A stretch of DNA of 64,000 nt from Eledone cirrhosa (Eukaryota): positions 139,872,001 through 139,936,000 of the forward strand of contig OZ024740.1 of NCBI GenBank assembly GCA_964016885.1, written 5' to 3'. The position numbers were made by a program, and so were the translations under genes. Under the pieces are notes generated by a model that saw nothing but the letters and a program-made list of their open reading frames with translations, did no database searches and had not been told where the DNA came from. Of the stretch, positions 56,703 through 64,000 are shown in pieces (within the stretch, counting starts at the first letter, position 1; every line of letters begins with the position of its first letter).

Positions 56703-59700
56703 GGTGGTGTTGGTAATGCTGGTCGTGGTGAACGTGTTGGTAGTGCTGCTAGTTATGATGATGTTGCTGGTGTTGTTGTTGTTGTTGGTGGTGGTAGTGG
56801 TGGTGGTGGTGGTGGTGGAGCTGGACGAGACGATGATATTGCTGGTGTTGGTGATAATATATTTGTTTTGTCATCACTACTTTCTAATATATTTCAAGAT
56901 GGCGTAAGAAGGCATTTCCTGTATCGTTCTAGGTATATATATATAGAGATAGAGAGGGTTAGAGAGATACATACGTGTGTGTGTATTGCTTATTGACATA
57001 TGACGTCTCCTCCCCATCAATGCTTGATGTGGCTGTCGTTAAAAATACAATTGATGGAAGATGGTTGTGGTAGTGGTGGTGGTGGTGGTGGTGGTGGTAG
57101 TGGTGGTGGTGGTAATGGTGGTGGTGGTAGTGGTGGTGGTGGTGGTGGTGGTGGTGGTGGTGGTGGTGGTGGTAGTGGTGGTGGTGGTACTGGTGGTGGT
57201 GGTGGTGGTGGTGGTGGTGGTGGTGGTGGTGGTGGTGGTAATGGTGGTGGTGGTAGTGGTGGTGGTGGTGGTGGTGGTGGTGGTAGTGGTGGTGGTAATG
57301 GTGGTGGTGGTGATAGTGATGGTGGTGGTAATGGTGGTGGTGGTGGTGATAATGGTGGTGGTGGTCATGGTGGTGGTGGTGGTGGTGGTGATGGTGGTGC
57401 TGGTGCTGGTGGTGCTGGTGTTGATGGTGATGGTGGTGGTTATGGTGGTGTTGGTGGTGTTGGTGGTGGTGGTAATGGTGGTGGTGGTGGTGGTGGTGGT
57501 GGTGGTGGTGATGATGGCGCTGGTGGTGATGCTGATAATGATGCTTATGGTGATAGTGTTGTGGTTGGTGTTAGTGGTGAAGTTAACAAAAGCTTTCTTG
57601 AAGCCACTTCTGACGAATTGTTTTGCAGTTGAAAGAGAAGAAAAAATGAGAAGTGCTGACATTCATGCATTCCCTCATTCCCATAAGGCTTTACGTAATG
57701 TCAACCGCCCATATTTTTTTTTTTTTCTTCAGAGGTAATTCTCTTGAATAGTTCTTTGGAGAATGAACTTGGTTACAGACACAGAACGGACGCCATTTGC
57801 GCCAAGCCTTGAAGAAAATTATTAGCGAAGCAAAAGGAGAATCGCATGATTAGACCATTGTTTGTCTTTCATAAAACCTTGTCCAGGGCTCTATGATGGA
57901 GAGGAGGTTTCTTGGTGTAGACCCATAATTTCGTGAGATCTACGGAAGCCTTTAAGCAATATGCATGAAGTAAACCCAGGTGGCAGAATGGTTCCAAGAC
58001 TAATTTATTATATAATAGTGGTTTCTAATTTTGACACAAGGCCATCATTTAGGGGAAGGGAACGTCGATTATATCAACCGCAGTCCTGGACTGGTACGTT
58101 CTTTTATGGTCCTCGGTAGTGGTGGTGGTGGTGGTGGTGTTGCTTGTCGTGATGATGGTGCTGCTGGTGGTGATGTTGTTATTGTTGGATGTGGTGGTGT
58201 TAGTGGTGAGGGTGTTAGTGGCGGTGCTGCTAGTGGTGGAAAGAGAAGAAAAAATGAGAAGTGCTGACATTCATGCTTTCCCTCATTCCCACAAGGCTTT
58301 ACCAATCGATTTAAGAGGGAATCGAAATCAAGACCCAAAGTTGGTTCATCGATAAGTTAATTGTATCTATTTCTCACATAGACATAACTTAAAGTTACCG
58401 ATCCCGTGACACAACTGGGTCGTGAGAGCTCTGCAGGTTGGTACGTGAGAGCTCTGCAGGTTGGTCTGCTCTGGTACGTTCTTTTATGGTCCTCGGTAGG
58501 ATAAAAGACAAAGTTGATCTCAGTGGGATTTAAACTCAGAACGTTAACGAACCGGAACAAATACTGCTAAGCATTTTTCCGACGCTCTAACGACCATGCT
58601 AATTCACCGCTCTCAATTTATCAAATGATAACGATACCCATATTATAAGTGTTTTATAGCGAGCGTAGGATAGATACGACTTCGTGGGCGAGCTGACTGG
58701 GCGTTCAGGTTCGATTTTCGACTGCAGTCATTTCATCTCTCACCGCACACTGTTGATGCTATTTGAAAAGGTATGTGAGTCTCCGTTAATTGTTTTCATC
58801 ACCTTCCATCTTCTAAATGCAAAAGTATGTTAGTAAATACTTAATAGCAAAATGCTGCGGAAAGGGATAATCGAGATATTTTTTACCGTTTAATGACAGT
58901 ATCTATGATCTTTTATTGTTTTCTGTGCCTCCAAAACTGGCAGGAAGACGAGATGAATGTTTGCAACGCAGTGGACTTCGCCTAAGGTAACCAAGAACTA
59001 GATAGTGGTGGGGTTAAACCAAACGACGAATTACGTCTACCCTACTGAAACACTGATTTAAATACTTTTACAATACTTGAGTGTCATATTTTTCGCCTTA
59101 ACGTTTATGGGAAGGGGAAACCGATTAAATCTACCTTAGTATTTGACTGGTGCTCTATTTATGGAGCCTGAAAGGATGAAAGACAAATTTGACTTCGGCA
59201 GGATTCGAATTCAGAACCTAATAGGCCGAAAGAAATGCCTTAAGATGTTCTGTCCGACGCTCTAAAGATTATGATATTATTAATAATAAGAACAACAACA
59301 TTCATCTATAACAAGACTGACAACAACAACCACAACGAAACAAAACTGTAATAATAGCTGCAACAATAACATCATCAGTAACTATAATAACAACAATGAC
59401 AACAACACTAACGAGAACAAGAATAAACATCAAAACATCGCCATAAAAAACAACGGGAATACCAACTAACTGCAGCTCCATCACCAAGTATGTGTGCTTG
59501 ACCAGTTAAAAATAGCAGCCAATATATTCCGCATATCACACTATTGTCTTAAATATAGAGAGATACGATGGACAAGACAAACCTAATACACAAAGTAGAA
59601 TGGTTATGCCTGGAACACCTTTAATTAGGGTTGACCTTGGGCTAACCAACCTCAGCACCAAAACTATTGAGAACGACCCAATTAAGAATCGTCTATGTAA

Positions 59701-62396
59701 TTGCTTTAACTGCTAGAAATGACAGTCAAATCTCCTTTTAAATAAATGAAGGACATGTTGGATAATATACTTCATAATATAGTGTTTTTTTTTTTTTTAA
59801 AGATGGGTTGGACATGGCTGGAAAGATTTTGATCTGCTAAAATAGGATTGACTTATGGCTAAACAACAACAACGACAACAACAACATCAAAAGGTTGATA
59901 TAACACCCGGGCCACATTTACGACCATGACTCCGCCAACTACCACCACCCCACACTACTACCTCCGTCACGTGACATCCATCATTTATAACAACCCCCAC
60001 TCTTGATTGCCAGTTTCCTTCCCTCATTTAATAGACTAACCAACCTCTACCAGCCCCACAATCTCCATACCACCACGACAAACACTACCACGACAGCCTT
60101 CATCCATATTTCTGTACACTACCACCACCAACACTACCCCTACCGCCATCATTTGTATTAGTTTACACTACTACTACCATCCACATTACAACCACCGTCA
60201 CACTCCATCTGTTAGGACCACTACCCACAATACTATCACCCCCATCACCACCATTACCACCATCCCAACCCCCACCATTACATCATAACTACCACCACCA
60301 CCACTGCCACGACCTCCACCACTACATCATCATTACTACCACCACCACCACTACCACCATCACCACCACCACTACCACGACCTCCACCACTACATCATCA
60401 TTGCTACCACTACAACAACCACCACCACCACCACAACCTCCACCACTACATTATCATTACTACCACAACCACCACCAACACCAACACCAATACCACCACC
60501 ACCACAACCACCACCACCACAACCACCATCACCACCACCACTGCCACGACCTCCACCACTACATTATCATTACTACCACCACAACCACCACCACCACCAC
60601 TACCACCACCAACACCACAACCTCCACACCTACATCATCATTACTACCACCACAACCACCTCCACCATCACTACCATCACTACCACAACCACCACCACTA
60701 CTACCATCACCACCACCACTGCCACGACCTCCACCACTACATCATCATTACTACCACCACCACCACCACAACCACCGCTACCATGACCTCCACCACCAAC
60801 ACCATCATCACGACTACCACCACCACCACCACCACTATCACTACCACCCACAGTCTATTAATAAAATGTGCCACTTGAAACTGAAGTAAACAATGGTTGG
60901 ACAAGGTCTGGAAATGAGACGGCTGATAGAGGAGGGAGGAATACCTGTTTAATGTAATAGCCACAGCCTAGCTAGCTTGAACGCTAAAGGGGGCTATTAT
61001 TCATGATGATGATGATGATGATGATGATGATTCAGTAGTGGTGGTGGTGGTGGTGGTGGTAATTTGGAATGCAATGTTGTGTCATAGACAAGATGATATG
61101 TAAATGGTGTAATAGTTGACACTGTTGTAGTGATAGTGGCAATGGTGGTTGTTGTTACAGTGGTAGTGATGAGGGGTATGGTAGATATAGTGGTGGCGGT
61201 GGAGGTAGTTGTTGTGGTAGTGGTGTTGGAGAAGGTTGTAATAGTGGTATGATAGATATTGAGGTGGTAGTGGGGGCAATGGTGATAGAGAGATGACAAT
61301 GCTCGTAGTGGTGCTGATTATGGTGATGGCAATTTAGAATGTGTAGTGTAGAGACAGACATAATGTTTAAGTGGTGTGGAATATTATTGAAGTGGTGGCG
61401 GCTAAGGTTTAAATGGGGGATATGGATAGTATTGGTGGGGATGTTACTGGTGACAATGGTGGTCCTGATAGTGTTGGTAGTAGCTTTGATAATGGTGGTG
61501 GGGTGGTAATGGTGTTTAGCCCTTATGATCAAAGGCATTCCAACTCTGACCATCCCACAGTTTACTATGTGCATGACATCTCCGACCATAATATTCAATG
61601 TCAAGGTGTGTGTTTGTTTGTTTTTTTACAAAGATGGGGTGCTATTTATTAGAGATTCGACTGCTATTTCAAGTTGTTCGAGTGATCAGGTAGAGGCCCA
61701 AGCTCTCTCGTTTGCTCGGGGGGCGTGGTGTTGGTGTTAGTTTGGTGGTGGTGGTGGTGGTGGTGGTGGTGGTGTTGTGGTGGTAATGGTGGTGGTGAGG
61801 GAGATCATAGTGGTAGTCGTGATAATGGGAAAAGTGTTCTTATCATTCGCGGTGGTTGTAGTAGCGGTGGTGGTAATGGTGGTGTTAGTGGTGGTGGTGG
61901 CGATGGTGGTGGTGGAATGGTGGTGTTGGTGATGATGGTGGTGGCGATGGTGATGGCTTCCATTTTTCAGGAAGTGCTGCACCCCGGTAGTGAAGCACAA
62001 AGAGAGAAAATTTAATGATGCGTACAAAATAATGTTTCTTAAAATGGCCGCCGATAGTGACGTCGTTTGTTGTTTATATTGTTGTTGTTGCCACAGCCTG
62101 TACTGCAGTTAATGGACAGGGTGGTGCTTGAGGGTGTTGAGCATGAAAGGACCTTAGGGGTCTCAATAAACCCAGCAAAAATGGCTGATGCGGAAAAACA
62201 TCCGAAATATTTTACGCTATCACATGTTTATATTTATCATCCCCCTCCCTCGCTCTTCTCTATCTCTCTTCCTTTCTCATTCTCTCTTCTTCTCTTTCAC
62301 TCACTCTCGCTCTCACTCTGTGTATTTTTGTTTGTTTATCGTTTTTCTCACACATGATTTGCCTTTCTCTCTCTCTCCTTCTCTCTCACTCGCTCT

Positions 62397-62490
<94 letters not shown>

Positions 62491-62568
62491 CTCTCACTCT
62501 CTCTTCCTCTCATTCTCCACCGTATCTTTTACTCCGTGTATTTTTCTCTGGTACCATATTTCACAGTT

Positions 62569-62653
<85 letters not shown>

Positions 62654-62842
62654 CACTCTCTCTCTCTCTTTCTTTCTTTCTCCCACTCTCTCTCACACTC
62701 ACTCACTCTCATTCTGTCTTTTTCACACACGTAAACACTCTCTTCCTGTTCCTCCTCTCTCTCTCTCTCACTCTCTCTCTCACTCTCTCTCTCTCACTCT
62801 CTCTCTCTCACTCTCTCTCTCTCACTCTCTCTCTCATTCTTT

Positions 62843-62929
<87 letters not shown>

Positions 62930-63378
62930 CCTCTCCCTACACTCTCAAACTTTTTCTTAATTTTTTTTCTTTGTCTGCTCCTCCTATCCTTCCATATTTC
63001 TCTTGTTTGTTTTTTTTTGTTTGTTTTTTTTGTTTTTTTTCTTCTTAGTATGGTCGTTGAACGACCCACACCCCACGCATACGCTCTCAGGATAATCTCG
63101 GTCGAGCAGACCTATAAGATTGTGGTAGGCAATGATATGAGGGAGGTTCGGCTTTTAATTTTAGCAAGGTCGAGCGCTAGTGTAAAGGCTTCCTTGTTAA
63201 ATATCCATCGCCGTTAGAACGAACGCCGTACCCGTGTTTTACAATAGATAAGCCCCTGACAGAAACCATGCCTACGGCTCCCTTTTTGCATTCTATGTTG
63301 AAACCTTTTCACTTCACTTGTACAGCTTAAACCCCCTTTGGAGTAAAACACCTCACACACAATACCCTAATTCTATTT

Positions 63379-63431
<53 letters not shown>

Positions 63432-63765
63432 TACGATACATCGGGTTTTGTGCCAATTTGAAAAACAGATTTTTGCCTTTGTTACTTGTATTGCTATTTA
63501 CATGCCTGACTTATACATTTGTAACATTATCTCAATATATATACTAGTGGTTTATTTTATCAATCCAGTAAGGATGAAACGCAAAGTTAACCTCGGCGGG
63601 ATTTGAACTCAGACCGTAAAGGTGGGTAACTCTGTGCTGCAAAGCATGGCGTCCGACCCCTTACCGATACTGCTAATCCACCGCCCGAGGAATAAATATG
63701 TAGAAGTGTCAATGTGTGTGTATGTATATATATATACATATATATATATATACATATATATATAC

Positions 63766-63826
<61 letters not shown>

Positions 63827-64000
63827 TATATTTAGTCCTTCATCAGTGATCTTCCAGCCTTCATTGGTATTTCATCGCTTTAAAGACCATATACCTCCGG
63901 TTGGTGCCAGCAACGGCTAAAGAAAGTCGTTGGGACACGTAAATAGGGGGAACGAGCGAGACAGTAAACAGTCAAAGATGGTAATGCAACGAAAAGTGAG

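Noticed and set aside
57604-57656. CTGACGA...GAAA with CACTT/AAGTG flanks
   Set aside because: No stem III or NUH triplet, and it straddles a duplication junction.
55335-57738. 520-aa Val/Leu, 361-aa Thr, 210-aa Gly and similar ORFs
   Set aside because: GGT/ACC triplet repeats are naturally stop-poor; no splice or domain evidence.
62041-62215. YY1-like AAAATGGCCGCC, CRE-like TGACGTCG and CTGATGC-GGA..TCC-GAAA
   Set aside because: Short motifs only. The HHR-like string has A9C and no valid stem III, and no promoter or exon could be supported.

Overview
AT-rich, microsatellite-saturated animal genomic DNA. The SINE families and the (TA)n/(CA)n/(GA)n/(TACA)n density suggest a cephalopod such as Octopus (inference). 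Nearly all long ORFs in the supplied track are translations of simple repeats. The recognisable coding content is transposon-derived: a near full-length but broken L1/Tx1-type LINE (~42.2-46.8 kb), three different Penelope-like element (PLE) pieces (RT+GIY-YIG at 2.9-4.1 kb, a lone GIY-YIG at 9.3-9.6 kb, a Hydra-clade-like GIY-YIG at 47.4-48.0 kb), a Helitron 3' end, an R4/Dong-type endonuclease, an RTE RT relic, three copies of a ~610 bp non-autonomous retroelement, MITEs and many tRNA-derived SINEs. One probable host first exon (rolling stone-like) lies at 28.4 kb. The most striking signal, invisible in the ORF track, is a set of about a dozen type I hammerhead ribozyme (HHR) motifs from at least 6 sequence families. 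Five have intact cores. Most sit in short fold-back inserts within (TA)n tracts, and several share a U-U pair closing stem II. All structures were folded by eye; none was computed or tested.
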